Counted from the stretch's first letter, positions 1 through 10,061 are shown. The stretch: 64,000 nucleotides of DNA from an uncultured Gammaproteobacteria bacterium (GCA_964411255.1 CAYPKD010000004.1:94037-158036); one strand, 5' to 3'. Notes: generated by a model not told the origin, from the sequence alone. Made by a program: numbers and translations.

Positions 1-452
1 AATTACAAAACTATATCCTTCTGTAGGATGAAAAAAAATATCTTTTAGATCAAACTCAATCTCTTTTGTCTGCCACTGGTCTTGTTTTTCAATTTCAATA
101 TTTTCATTTAGAAAAATCTTTTTGCCTTCATCTTCAATAATGCCAAATTCAAAATTCTGCAAATTCTCAGACGAATATGTTAATTTTACCTTTGCATTTT
201 CAAATTTAACAGGCATACGCAAATTGAAGGCAATTGGACTGTTTATAATTTTCATGTATGAGTCATTTTCTTCTACAATCATTTCATAATCTTCTGGCAT
301 AAAAAATCTAGAGACAAATCCGCTTTGCTTGCCAAAATCATATTTTAAATGAAAATGACCGCTAAATGAAAAATAATTATAAGCAAAACCAAAAAGTATG
401 GCCATTGGGATCAACCAAATAAAAATTCTAATTATAACAATATGGTTTTTCT

Positions 453-2120
453 TCATAAATTCAAATCCAAAGATATTTTATATAAATAAAAATTATCAAT
501 TTGTGTGTTCAACTCAAATTTTAAATTCTGATTTATTTTTGTTCTGTTTATAAATTCCATATCATCTGGCGCTAGCATTGAATAATAATAGACTGGTCGT
601 GAATCAATCAAATTTGCCACAAATGGAAAAATTGCATAATTTTCTAAAAACACAATTACTTTTCTTTTTGGAAAAAATATTTTATCAGACCGGTCTGTAA
701 TAATAATGGCATGGTCTTCTGTCTTTTCTAAAACAATATTTCGAGTTTGATTATATTTTTCCAAATTCTGTTTTACTGCAAATAAACTTTCATCTGTTTT
801 TACAAAAACCAAATTAAATGTAAACAAGCTTAAAACTAATAAAAATAAAATTGTTGAACTTGCTTTTATATTAATTCTTACTTTTTCAAAAACCTTCCAG
901 ACTGCGAACAAGCTGTAAGACATAAATGGCAATAGCAAAACAAATATTGGCAGCCAGTATCGCAGATATGAAGTACCAATGGTCAGTTTTGAAGCATCAA
1001 AATGATCATAAAAAACATATCCGCCATAATATATTATTAAATAAGCACTGACAGCTAAAGTAATTAAAAGATAAACAAACTTTTTTGTATAATGTTTTTT
1101 ATCTTTGTAAAAATAAATAAAAAAGGTAGCAATTCCTGGAATTAAAAAAATATTAAACCATGCTAAAAATCTCCAAAAATAATTAATAAACACAGTAATG
1201 CTCTGAACCAGCTTTATGCCAAATGGAAAAATTGCTGAAACTGAAAAGAATGAACTTAAAATTGTAAAAATATTTCCATTTGCAACCTGATCATTTAAAT
1301 CTACACTTAAAAGCCTGGTATTATAACCAAGCTGAAAATAGCCCCCATATAATTCTTTGTTTAAATGCAGAGTCGGTAAAAATGCAACTACTACAAAAAT
1401 TATACCAATTGTGATGCCAGCCCAATTCGCTTTTTTTATGTTGAACAAAAGCAAGGCGAAATATAGCAATGCTACCCAATAAATCTCTGATGGTCTAATG
1501 CTCAAAGCTAAACCTAAAAGCAATCCTGCTATAGCATATGTTTTCAAAACTCTTGGTTTAAAATAATTTTTTATTCCTTTTTTATATTTTATGTTTAACA
1601 AAATAGCCAAAGAAATAATTAACAAATCAACAAATATAACATTGGGCATCAAGCTTTTTGCAGTATAATAAATAAAAATTGGATGAAAAAATAAAAGCAA
1701 TGCGCTAAGCATTGCCACTTCTTTTTCAAAAATTTTGCGTAATCCTAAATACAAAAAAATTGGAGTAATAGCGCTGACTATTGGAATTATAAAAGGAATT
1801 ATATAACAGCCAAATAAATCAGCTATCACTCCTAAAATAATTGGCATGCCTAAAAAATATCCAGGTACAATGTCTCCGTTGGCATTTGAAGTGGCAGATC
1901 TTGGAATGATAACTCCATTTACTTTTAAATTATCAGGTTCAGCAATACCCATTGATCCATTTGAATAATTGCAGGAAAAAACATAATTGGCCGTTTCATC
2001 TGGAGAATTAAAAATTTCCTTTGGCGCGCTAAAAGCTAAAAAGCTGTACACAAAAAAGCATGCAATTCCCACTATTGCCAACACAAATATAGGCTGATTG
2101 TTCTTCACCCACTTTTTCAT
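453..2120 (-). CDS. polytopic membrane protein, possibly a GT-C fold glycosyltransferase (PMT/ArnT-like)
   Basis: 555 aa with >10 predicted TM helices; first periplasmic loop carries an 'SPDETANY' acidic motif resembling GT39/GT83 DE motifs. No closer match recognised. Confidence 0.35.
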   Translation of the reverse strand: MKKWVKNNQPIFVLAIVGIACFFVYSFLAFSAPKEIFNSPDETANYVFSCNYSNGSMGIAEPDNLKVNGVIIPRSATSNANGDIVPGYFLGMPIILGVIADLFGCYIIPFIIPIVSAITPIFLYLGLRKIFEKEVAMLSALLLFFHPIFIYYTAKSLMPNVIFVDLLIISLAILLNIKYKKGIKNYFKPRVLKTYAIAGLLLGLALSIRPSEIYWVALLYFALLLFNIKKANWAGITIGIIFVVVAFLPTLHLNKELYGGYFQLGYNTRLLSVDLNDQVANGNIFTILSSFFSVSAIFPFGIKLVQSITVFINYFWRFLAWFNIFLIPGIATFFIYFYKDKKHYTKKFVYLLITLAVSAYLIIYYGGYVFYDHFDASKLTIGTSYLRYWLPIFVLLLPFMSYSLFAVWKVFEKVRINIKASSTILFLLVLSLFTFNLVFVKTDESLFAVKQNLEKYNQTRNIVLEKTEDHAIIITDRSDKIFFPKRKVIVFLENYAIFPFVANLIDSRPVYYYSMLAPDDMEFINRTKINQNLKFELNTQIDNFYLYKISLDLNL

Positions 2121-2201
2121 ATTGCTTGTATTTTAGCGTAAAATAACAAAAATTTCAATTCATTCTTATTAATATTTATTGCGTTAAACAAGAACAGAAT
2201 T

Positions 2202-2361
2202 GGGGGTCTGGGGGGCTGATTGCCCCTTGCAAAACCTCATAATCTTCATCGTCCCTTCGCATTTGAAGCCCCCCAGCGGTTTTTGGTTACTTTTTGGCGC
2301 CAAAAAGTAACTTGGCGCAAGCCAACATTGCAAAGCCCAAAGCAGGCATATGCCTGTATAG
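2202..2361. repeat. structured dispersed repeat, copy A (gggggtctggggggctgattgcccc ... cgcatttgaagccccccagcggtttttgg + palindromic hairpin + ggcgcaagccaacattgcaaag + terminal hairpin)
   Basis: Near-identical to copies at 44944, 55146 and 58147. Long-range stem ctggggggct/agccccccag; perfect palindrome gttactttttggcgccaaaaagtaac; terminal hairpin caggcatatgcctg. Confidence 0.8.
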
Positions 2362-2428
2362 TAAAAATGTAAAATGGGTTCTTCTTTATTTTTATTTATA
2401 ATCAAAAAAGACAAAGCATTGCTTTGCC

Positions 2429-3244
2429 TTAAATTATTCCAGTAGGCGCAATCCGCGCCAAAAATAGATTTCTTTTTTTATCTCCTGCCACTCTAGACCA
2501 AAATTCTCCCTCATGGCAAGTACAGCTACTATCCCAGCCAAACTGAAATTCCTGTTCGAGAACATCTGAGTCATCAATGCCCAGCCTATCTGCTTCGCAA
2601 TAAATCATTTGCTGCAAATGATAAGAAACCTTGCCTTTGCGAGGGCCATGCTCTACTTCTTTAAGACACAAACGAGTTCCCCACTTACCAAACCTTGATC
2701 TAATTTCCTGCTCCTGCTTTTCATCTTTATCATGTCCATAACAGCACGGGCCAATACCACAGCCAACCCAAAACCTTAATTTCTCAGGCGGAGTCTTTAA
2801 AACCATTACCACTTCTTCTAATATTGAATAATTCCATCCTCGTCTAAAAATATTTTTTAATCCTAAACGCACAACGCACATTGCTTTTTGAATTGGATCC
2901 CAGACAACTCCGATCGGGCAATCATAGGTTAAAATTCCGATTCCCACTCGGGTGTCGCGAAAAACAAGACCTGCATCTGAATCATTTTGCGTCCGCCAAA
3001 GACCTGGTCCTAATTGAATCGTATTTGAATCATGAAAATTCGCAACCCCAGTCTTAAATTCTACTCTTGGAAAAAACATTTGTTCAATATTAAGAGCAGA
3101 CATAATTTCTTTTCTTTTCGCCGCTCCTGCTTCAGTTTGCAGCAAACTGCTACTATCTCCATGGCCTTTACCTAAAAAAATATATTCAACTGCTCCGTCA
3201 AAAAGTTTTTTCCGCTCAAAGGCCATTTTTTCTCCTTTCCTCAT
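2429..3244 (-). CDS. YfiH/PgeF-family (DUF152, laccase-domain) protein
   Basis: Motifs 'YDCPIGVV', 'GIGPCCYG' (cf. the IGPCCYEV box of YfiH) and C-terminal 'CTCHEGEFWSR'. 4-nt ATGA overlap with the upstream paralog. Confidence 0.5.
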   Translation of the reverse strand: MRKGEKMAFERKKLFDGAVEYIFLGKGHGDSSSLLQTEAGAAKRKEIMSALNIEQMFFPRVEFKTGVANFHDSNTIQLGPGLWRTQNDSDAGLVFRDTRVGIGILTYDCPIGVVWDPIQKAMCVVRLGLKNIFRRGWNYSILEEVVMVLKTPPEKLRFWVGCGIGPCCYGHDKDEKQEQEIRSRFGKWGTRLCLKEVEHGPRKGKVSYHLQQMIYCEADRLGIDDSDVLEQEFQFGWDSSCTCHEGEFWSRVAGDKKRNLFLARIAPTGII

Positions 3245-4044
3245 CTGGGAAGCAATCTGGCCACAAAAGCATTTCTTGGATATTCTCTGTCAGCATCTCT
3301 GACATTGGACCAAAAATCTCCATAACCATCAGCATTTGGATCTTTCATGCCAAAACATGAAGTACATCTCTTGTCACAGATAATTTTTCCAAAACCTAGA
3401 TTTAATGCTTGTCGATAAATTATTTTCAAATTGTCATGGGCAACATGCAAGCCGCCTTTTCTTGGCCCATATGAAACATTGCCTTCAACCACATCTGGTC
3501 CGTATTCTTTTCTTAAAAATGACATTCTTTCCCTATTCTTATCTCCGTATTTTGGATGCTCGATTGGATAGCCATTGCAGCAAGGGCCAATTCCTCCGCC
3601 AATCCAAAGATTCAACTTTTCTGGAGGCCTACGTAGCTCTTTCACAGCTTGTTCTAAAATTGTATATTCTTTATAATCCTCTCTATAAATATTGCATATG
3701 CCCATATGAATCATGCAAAGCGTATGAAATTCTGGATCATAAATAAGTCCAATATGACAGTCAGCTGTAAAAATTACAATTGCCACTTCTGTATTGTTTC
3801 TGATAATACCACCATCAGCTGAAATCGTTGATATTAAGAGCCCAGTATCAGTAAATACTACGAGAGGTTCATCAATATCAAGCACTGTAGTTGAACATTC
3901 TACAGAAGGAACAAACAAATACTCGACCTGTAATTCCTGCATTAATCTTTGTCTTAATTCTGCAGAACTTGGATCTTTTGGATGAAAATTTCCCCATTTT
4001 CTACCAATTAAATCATATTTAACATATTTGAAAACGGTCTTCAT
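3241..4044 (-). CDS. YfiH/PgeF-family (DUF152) protein, divergent tandem paralog
   Basis: 'TADCHIGLIYDP', 'GIGPCCNGYP', 'CTSCFG...DFWSNVRD'. Same architecture as 2429..3244. Confidence 0.5.
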   Translation of the reverse strand: MKTVFKYVKYDLIGRKWGNFHPKDPSSAELRQRLMQELQVEYLFVPSVECSTTVLDIDEPLVVFTDTGLLISTISADGGIIRNNTEVAIVIFTADCHIGLIYDPEFHTLCMIHMGICNIYREDYKEYTILEQAVKELRRPPEKLNLWIGGGIGPCCNGYPIEHPKYGDKNRERMSFLRKEYGPDVVEGNVSYGPRKGGLHVAHDNLKIIYRQALNLGFGKIICDKRCTSCFGMKDPNADGYGDFWSNVRDADREYPRNAFVARLLPR

Positions 4045-4125
4045 CCCCTCCCCCTTTTTGAAAAGGACAATTAAGCTAACTTATACTATTATTGTATAAA
4101 AGTCAAGCTAATTTTACAAAAAATA

Positions 4126-4154
4126 TTGACAAAATTATAAATACATGCTAGAAT
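4126..4154 (+). promoter_or_regulatory. sigma70-like promoter (TTGACA-17-TAGAAT)
   Basis: ttgaca at 4126-4131 and tagaat at 4149-4154 with a 17-nt spacer, ~100 nt upstream of the 4258 CDS. Confidence 0.45.
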
Positions 4155-4257
4155 ACAATATTGTTCTTTTTCATTTTCCGCCTCTGCGTACGCCTGAAAT
4201 CCAGGTTAAAGTACAAGGAAGGCATGCTCGCCACAGTGCGAAGCAAGGAGAAATGAC

Positions 4258-4701
4258 ATGGTTTCTAAAACCTCACCTCCAACTGCATATCAATTGATCC
4301 AGCTGACAAGAAAATTCACTGAATTTCTTGCCAGCTATCGTAATCCTGGCACAGCCATTACTCTTTTCCTGATTAAAATATATGCAAATTGGGTGCAGGG
4401 ACTAAACAGTAGATCCTGTCAAACAGCAATAGAAACAAACGCAGATGCTTTTCAAGGTATTATTTTAGAAAAAGCCTTGCAAGACGATCTATCAGAATCT
4501 TTATTTATTATTGAAAAAAACATTACGATAAAGGGAAAACAAGATAAGATCGATCTTTTCGCATCAGGCTCTGGAGAAGGAACTGATCTGAAAGGTATGC
4601 GCCATGAACTGCCTAGTCAGCGCAGGGCAGATCTAATCTTTAAGAAAAACCCATTTAAGAAGATTACTGAAAATAATCCCTACTGGAAACCCAAACCATA
4701 A
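4258..4701 (+). CDS. hypothetical protein
   Basis: 147 aa ORF with strong RBS aaggag 7 nt upstream; followed by an intrinsic terminator. Confidence 0.5.
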   Translation: MVSKTSPPTAYQLIQLTRKFTEFLASYRNPGTAITLFLIKIYANWVQGLNSRSCQTAIETNADAFQGIILEKALQDDLSESLFIIEKNITIKGKQDKIDLFASGSGEGTDLKGMRHELPSQRRADLIFKKNPFKKITENNPYWKPKP

Positions 4702-4707
4702 TAAAAT

Positions 4708-4740
4708 AAATCCCAGCTTTATAAGCTAGGGATTTTTTAT
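4708..4740 (+). terminator. rho-independent terminator
   Basis: aaatcccagcttt-ata-agctagggattt hairpin followed by TTTTTT. Confidence 0.55.
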
Positions 4741-4757
4741 TATATAGAATTTATAAT

Positions 4758-5213
4758 TTAGAGTAGTTCTTCTAATTTCTGACTTTCATCATCAGTAACC
4801 AATGAATTGCGTTTAAATATTTCAATTATTTTCCGCTTAAATTTCATTTCCTTTTCTTTATTTCTTTCAATCCTTCTTCCAATCTCAGCAGCTAAATCAG
4901 CCAATTTGTTATCCAAATACATCTTATCTGGATACTGATTTTTTACTGTCATTTTAAAATCAGATAATTCAGTTTTAACTTGACTTAGACCACCTTCAAC
5001 TTTATCAAGCCTGCCTTCAACTTTATCAAGCCTGCCTTCAACTTTATCAAGCCTGCCTTCAACTTTATCAAATCTTTTTCCCACCTCTAAAAATCCAGTT
5101 TGCACAGCACCAGCTAAATTATCAATTTTTTCATTGGTTTTCTTAAATTCTTGTTTTATTTCCTCATCCATATATATAATTTTAGCACACAAAATCAATT
5201 TAGTAAATTTCAT
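4758..5213 (-). CDS. coiled-coil protein with heptad tandem repeat (GRLDKVE)x4
   Basis: 151 aa; protein repeat 'GRLDKVEGRLDKVEGRLDKVEGRLDKVEG' encoded by a 21-bp DNA tandem repeat. Confidence 0.5.
   Translation of the reverse strand: MKFTKLILCAKIIYMDEEIKQEFKKTNEKIDNLAGAVQTGFLEVGKRFDKVEGRLDKVEGRLDKVEGRLDKVEGGLSQVKTELSDFKMTVKNQYPDKMYLDNKLADLAAEIGRRIERNKEKEMKFKRKIIEIFKRNSLVTDDESQKLEELL
4991..5075. repeat. 21-bp tandem repeat x4 (coding, within the 4758..5213 CDS)
   Basis: ccttcaactttatcaagcctg repeated in tandem. Confidence 0.8.
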
Positions 5214-6792
5214 CCTTTTTTTCCTTCAAAAATGCAAACCAATCATCAATTACATCAATAATTATATTAAACGGCGCAGCAATAATAAAATCTAAAATAA
5301 ATATAAAAATGTTTATTCTGGAAAATTTAGTGGAAATCCACTGGCCAACTTTAATAATTGGCATAAAGAAAAATTCTATTAAACTTGAAATGAATCCGCC
5401 TCTTTCTTTAACCACATACATTTCCTTAGCTGACTGGCGCAGCCGATAACCGAAAAAGCTGACAATGCTTAAAAATATTAAAAAGATAGCTCCGCTAATT
5501 ATATTAAATTCAAGCTGCATCAAACCCCAAATCAATGCACCAAAAGTTATAACATATGTGCAAAGATAGAATAGGCCAAAAATTACCTGCTTGATTGCTC
5601 CCCAATCCCGCGGCGGCTTGATTATTGTCTTTTTCATATCATCAACCCAGCCAAAAATTATTTTCATAGTTTCGCTTTGAATCTTTTTAGCATTCCTTGA
5701 TGAAGAAACAATTATTGTTTTGCCCAGAAAAAATAAAAGCAGGATCGGTACAAATAAATTAATCAGAAGCGGAATATAACTTATTTCCTTAATTATAAAA
5801 TATTCAAAAGGAACTTCGATCGCTAATGCCAATAGCATCTTTGTTAAAAATATATAAATCATTGCCCGAAATATACTTTTATTCAAACGCGATTTTACAA
5901 ACTTCTTCTTCTTGGTCACTGCTACATTCAAATAGGCCTTTGTCGTTTCCGGATCCAGAAGGATCGATTCAACCTTATCTGGATTTTGCTCAATAATATC
6001 TTTTACCATGTATAGATAAACGCTAAATGATTTTGAGTGACGCTGAATCTTTCTTGCCAGCCGGTGATGTAGATGATGATCAATTATTTTTTTTATTTCA
6101 GAAATATTTACTCTAATATCATCAAACACTTCATCAGGATCTGAGTACCAGGCAGGATAAAACAAACGAAACAATGAATAAGCCACCATATCATTATCAG
6201 ATTTTACCAAAGCCCTTTGCACGCCAACAAATATTTGCAAATCTTTTTCATCTTCAGATATTGAATCATCTAAAATTTCTGTCTGATACTTGGCAATTGC
6301 ATAAGTTGCGTTTATCAAAGCTCTTTTAAAATTTGAAGGCACTAAAATTTCTTCAATCTCAACTGATACCAAACCTAAAAGCCAGTTCCTCATTTTATTT
6401 TGTTGGGAATAGGTAAAGGAATCCTTTATTGCCAAATACAAATTTGCAGTTTTATTTAATGCAATATTAACCTCGTTTACTTTGGTTTCTGGCAGGCTGT
6501 TATTTTCAACATATCCAGCCCGAATCAATTCTTTAATAACTGATTCTCCGATTTGAGCCCCTCTGAGGCATTCATAAAATCTGCGCTTGCAAATCCGGTT
6601 AACAGCACTTTTTCGAAGTAAATGCTCGTCCCGATAATCAACAATATTTCTGATTTTTTCATATGCTAAAACAGCCTTGGCTACCACTTCATTTACGCCA
6701 ATAGTGCTGTCCTGCGCATATTCTGACGGAGCCTGTTCGTTATAATATGCAGCTATTAAATTTTCGATTGGTTTAGTTGGCATATTTACCAT
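5200..6792 (-). CDS. hypothetical protein, soluble N-terminal domain plus C-terminal 4-5 TM region
   Basis: 530 aa ORF; hydrophobic C-terminal third; no recognised family. Confidence 0.45.
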   Translation of the reverse strand: MVNMPTKPIENLIAAYYNEQAPSEYAQDSTIGVNEVVAKAVLAYEKIRNIVDYRDEHLLRKSAVNRICKRRFYECLRGAQIGESVIKELIRAGYVENNSLPETKVNEVNIALNKTANLYLAIKDSFTYSQQNKMRNWLLGLVSVEIEEILVPSNFKRALINATYAIAKYQTEILDDSISEDEKDLQIFVGVQRALVKSDNDMVAYSLFRLFYPAWYSDPDEVFDDIRVNISEIKKIIDHHLHHRLARKIQRHSKSFSVYLYMVKDIIEQNPDKVESILLDPETTKAYLNVAVTKKKKFVKSRLNKSIFRAMIYIFLTKMLLALAIEVPFEYFIIKEISYIPLLINLFVPILLLFFLGKTIIVSSSRNAKKIQSETMKIIFGWVDDMKKTIIKPPRDWGAIKQVIFGLFYLCTYVITFGALIWGLMQLEFNIISGAIFLIFLSIVSFFGYRLRQSAKEMYVVKERGGFISSLIEFFFMPIIKVGQWISTKFSRINIFIFILDFIIAAPFNIIIDVIDDWFAFLKEKKDEIY

Positions 6793-6848
6793 GTTATTCT
6801 AGCATAAATTTAAAAAAATAAAACCTGAGAAATTTTCTCAGGCTTCTA

Positions 6849-7202
6849 TCACATTCTGGTTAGAGTTAGACCTTTGGGATCGTAACTCAATTTGAATAAT
6901 TGATTTTCCCTATTTTTCCGAAAAATACTCACAATTCCTTCACGGCAATATCGAAAAAACTTTGCCAATATGAGCCAGACAGAATCCTGGCCTCTGTAAA
7001 AATGCCGAGTTGTGCCTTGTCTCGTATTGACAATGGCTATTACAGACTTTTTACCTTTTTCAAACCTTACTTCATATGCTTTGTCTTCATATGCTGATCG
7101 CAAAATATTTGCCATAAAGGCATTAATCGATTCTTCATTTATTCGCATTTTCCCTCCATTTCCAGAACATTTTACTATAGCATATATTATAAAAAAAGTC
7201 AA
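6849..7202 (-). CDS. hypothetical protein
   Basis: 117 aa ORF; no recognised motif. Confidence 0.3.
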   Translation of the reverse strand: MTFFIIYAIVKCSGNGGKMRINEESINAFMANILRSAYEDKAYEVRFEKGKKSVIAIVNTRQGTTRHFYRGQDSVWLILAKFFRYCREGIVSIFRKNRENQLFKLSYDPKGLTLTRM

Positions 7203-7248
7203 ACGTTGACTAGGAAATTAGATTAATTGCTGATAAGATATTCATAGT

Positions 7249-9339
7249 ATGATAAAAAATCTGACATTTCTTTTTATAAATCTTGCACTTACAATATTTG
7301 TTTGTATAAATTTTTTTGTCGAACAAAACTTTTATATACACATAATTGCATCAGGCATTTTTTTAATTTTAAATACTTATTTATTTGCCTCAATTTTTTC
7401 AAAATATAATTTTAAATCATGGATTTTATCTATTTTACTTATAATAGGCATCATAATTATCCCAGGATCAATAATCTATTATTTTTATCAGATTAATTCA
7501 TATGTGATAAGTATTCTGGTCGTATTAATCTTTGGATTATCAACATTTTTTTGGTATAAAAGCGATACACCATTATTAAAGCCACATATTCCAAAATTAA
7601 AACTGACTTTTCTTGAATTCTTAACCATGGTCAGCTATTTAATTTCTATTGGCTTTATTCTTTTTATTTTAATTAAATCCAGATCAGATATTGCTGTCAG
7701 AACGCCCTGGGCTTTAATTGACAAAAGAATATTTGTCCTTTATTTTACTTCAACCTTTATTCTGATTGTTTTATTTTGGCAGACAAAATTAAATTCATTT
7801 TGGCAAAAAACATTTTTATCAATGCATTTTTTTGTTTCTTTTTGTGTTGCATTTATTGTTTACAAATTAGGATTTGGCTATGATCCTTTTATTCATCAAA
7901 AAACAGTAGAAATAATCAGCCAAGATGGTTTTATCTCCCCAAAACCACTATATTATCTTGGGCAATATACACTCGAAGTATTGGTGCACAAATTATTTTT
8001 AATTCCAATTGACTGGATTGATAGATTATTTGTCCCTGTTTTAGCAGCAATCTCTCTGCCAAGCATAATTATTTTTTCCATAAAAAAAATAAATCCAATT
8101 GCTGTGTTAATCTTTTTAGCTATCCCTTATTCATTTTTAGCATTTACCACCCCTCAGAATCTAACTTTTTTCTTTAGTCTTTTATTAATATTTCTGGCTT
8201 ATCGATTTTTAATTTATAAAGACATTTCCTGGATTTGGCTTGGTCTATTATCCTTAATTATACTGACCATTCACCCATTAACCGGCCTTCCAATGCTTTT
8301 ATTTTCCCTGGCCTTGCTTATTTTTAGATATAAAGCCAGTAACCTAATAAGCAAAATATCAAAAACCCTTTATTTAATATTGTCTGCAATAATTATTCCT
8401 TTTGCATTTGTCTTATTAAATTTAACACGCGGCTATCAAATCAATTTCCGATTTGATTGGAATGTAATCACTTCAGATTTATCAAGTTTTTTTCAAAACA
8501 TGTTTTATTTAAAAAATAATTTTAGACAGATTTATGATCTGATATACTTTTATGGATTAAATTTAAAATTCTTTATAATTATTTCGATTATTGTATTTTT
8601 AATTTTATTTTGGAAAAAAGGCAGCCAGATGTTTGGTCATAAAATAAAAACTCAGCCCAAACATCTGGCTGCCATCTTTCTTGGGTCTTTTATTATCACT
8701 GGAATAAATTATTTAATCTTAAAAAACTTCTTTGTCTTTGAAGAATTAATTTATTATGAAAGATCTGATTATGCATTACGACTAATAACTTTAATGTTTT
8801 TATTTTTAATCCCTCTGATTCTAATATTTATTTCAAAACTTATTGATTTTAAAAATAAAAGAAAAATAATTGTAATTTCAATTTTTATCCTCTTGAGTTT
8901 AATAATTTCAGCCAGCTTTTACCTCAGCTATCCCCGCTATGACAATATTCAGGCCAGCCGGGCATTAAATGTAAGTAAATATGATTTTAATGCTGTGCGA
9001 TATATTGCAGATAATGAAAATCTACCATACATAGTGCTCGCCAATCAAAATACTTCTGTGGCTGCAATAAAGCTATACGGATTTGAACCTGTTTATAATA
9101 ATTATTTTTACTATCCAATTCCAACAGGTGATGAATTATATCAAATTTATCTAAAAATGGTTAATGATCAACCAAGAATTGAATACATTAATGAAGCTAA
9201 ACAATTGACCAGAATCAGCACGGTTTATTTTGTTCTGCCAAAATACTGGGATAATTTCAATCAAATTAAGTCAGCAGCCGAGCAGATTGCAATTGAACAT
9301 CATTCTATTGATGAGCAAATTGAAATATTTAAATTTTAG
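7249..9339 (+). CDS. large polytopic membrane protein (possible GT-C-type glycosyltransferase / DUF2079-like)
   Basis: 696 aa, ~14 TM segments, extremely AT-rich coding region. Confidence 0.45.
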   Translation: MIKNLTFLFINLALTIFVCINFFVEQNFYIHIIASGIFLILNTYLFASIFSKYNFKSWILSILLIIGIIIIPGSIIYYFYQINSYVISILVVLIFGLSTFFWYKSDTPLLKPHIPKLKLTFLEFLTMVSYLISIGFILFILIKSRSDIAVRTPWALIDKRIFVLYFTSTFILIVLFWQTKLNSFWQKTFLSMHFFVSFCVAFIVYKLGFGYDPFIHQKTVEIISQDGFISPKPLYYLGQYTLEVLVHKLFLIPIDWIDRLFVPVLAAISLPSIIIFSIKKINPIAVLIFLAIPYSFLAFTTPQNLTFFFSLLLIFLAYRFLIYKDISWIWLGLLSLIILTIHPLTGLPMLLFSLALLIFRYKASNLISKISKTLYLILSAIIIPFAFVLLNLTRGYQINFRFDWNVITSDLSSFFQNMFYLKNNFRQIYDLIYFYGLNLKFFIIISIIVFLILFWKKGSQMFGHKIKTQPKHLAAIFLGSFIITGINYLILKNFFVFEELIYYERSDYALRLITLMFLFLIPLILIFISKLIDFKNKRKIIVISIFILLSLIISASFYLSYPRYDNIQASRALNVSKYDFNAVRYIADNENLPYIVLANQNTSVAAIKLYGFEPVYNNYFYYPIPTGDELYQIYLKMVNDQPRIEYINEAKQLTRISTVYFVLPKYWDNFNQIKSAAEQIAIEHHSIDEQIEIFKF

Positions 9340-9398
9340 TATTTGTAAAACATTCACTATTGTGATATTTTATTATTAGCCATTCAGGAGGGCATACA

Positions 9399-9818
9399 AT
9401 GAAAAACGCAAAACTGCTCTTTTTTATTTTGTTAATGCATGCCTGTTCGACAGGCCCAAATTTTGCGAATCAAAAATTGAGAGGCCATGACTTTGCAGGC
9501 AAGCAATTACAAAATGCGAATTTTTCAAATGCATTTTTAGAAAAAGTAAATTTCAAAGGCGCAAATTTAAGAGGTGTGGTTTTTTCAAATGCTAGTCTAA
9601 GCGCTGCTGAGTTTGACAAAGCAATCCTGATTGATGCAGATTTTGACAATGCTGATCTGAGCTATGCCAGTTTTAATGGTGCTGACTTAACTGGTGCAAA
9701 TGTAAAAGACGCAAAAAACGTCATTGGGGTTTTTTATACAAAAGCTACCAAATGGCCTGGCAGTTATAAACCAAACGGGGGTATTTGCACAGATTGTAAT
9801 AATACACAGAACCACTAA
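9399..9818 (+). CDS. pentapeptide-repeat lipoprotein
   Basis: Signal peptide with lipobox 'LMHAC'; tandem A(D/N)LxxA(N/D)F pentapeptide repeats; RBS ggagg. Confidence 0.7.
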   Translation: MKNAKLLFFILLMHACSTGPNFANQKLRGHDFAGKQLQNANFSNAFLEKVNFKGANLRGVVFSNASLSAAEFDKAILIDADFDNADLSYASFNGADLTGANVKDAKNVIGVFYTKATKWPGSYKPNGGICTDCNNTQNH

Positions 9819-9867
9819 ACTTAGTGGTTTTTTAAAAAACAAAAAATCCCATATCAGGGACTTTTTT
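9809..9867. terminator. two adjacent intrinsic terminators, the second bidirectional
   Basis: aaccactaa-actt-agtggtt+TTTT, then aaaaaa-tccc-atatca-ggga-cttttt flanked by A-run and T-run. Ends the pentapeptide gene (+) and rpmG (-). Confidence 0.5.
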
Positions 9868-9905
9868 AGAATACAACTAACCGACTCGCCTACCGACCTT
9901 CCAAT

Positions 9906-10061
9906 CTATTTTACTTCCTTATGAATGGTATGTTTTTTACAATGTTTACAAAACTTTTTCAATTCTAAACGCTGTTTAATTATTTTTTTATTCTTTTTTG
10001 AATAATAATTAATTCTTTTGCAGTCCTTGCATTCAAATTTTATTAGATTATCTTGTGACAT
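9906..10061 (-). CDS. rpmG: 50S ribosomal protein L33
   Basis: Not in the ORF track (51 aa). Translation [51 protein letters not shown] has the L33 CxxC...CxxC zinc ribbon and the '[15 protein letters not shown]' signature. Confidence 0.8.
   Translation of the reverse strand: MSQDNLIKFECKDCKRINYYSKKNKKIIKQRLELKKFCKHCKKHTIHKEVK

Noticed and set aside
2184-2414. 76-aa minus-strand ORF
   Set aside because: Lies entirely within copy A of the structured repeat. The same 'protein' would recur at every repeat copy (cf. 55128..55313 and 48454..48754); artefact of the repeat.
3405-3985. Two plus-strand ORFs (113 and 63 aa)
   Set aside because: Antisense to, and fully contained in, the YfiH-like gene 3241..4044; no RBS; the sense gene has recognisable motifs.
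9724-9924. 66-aa plus-strand ORF
   Set aside because: Spans the 3' end of the pentapeptide gene, two terminators and the 3' end of rpmG on the other strand; not plausible.
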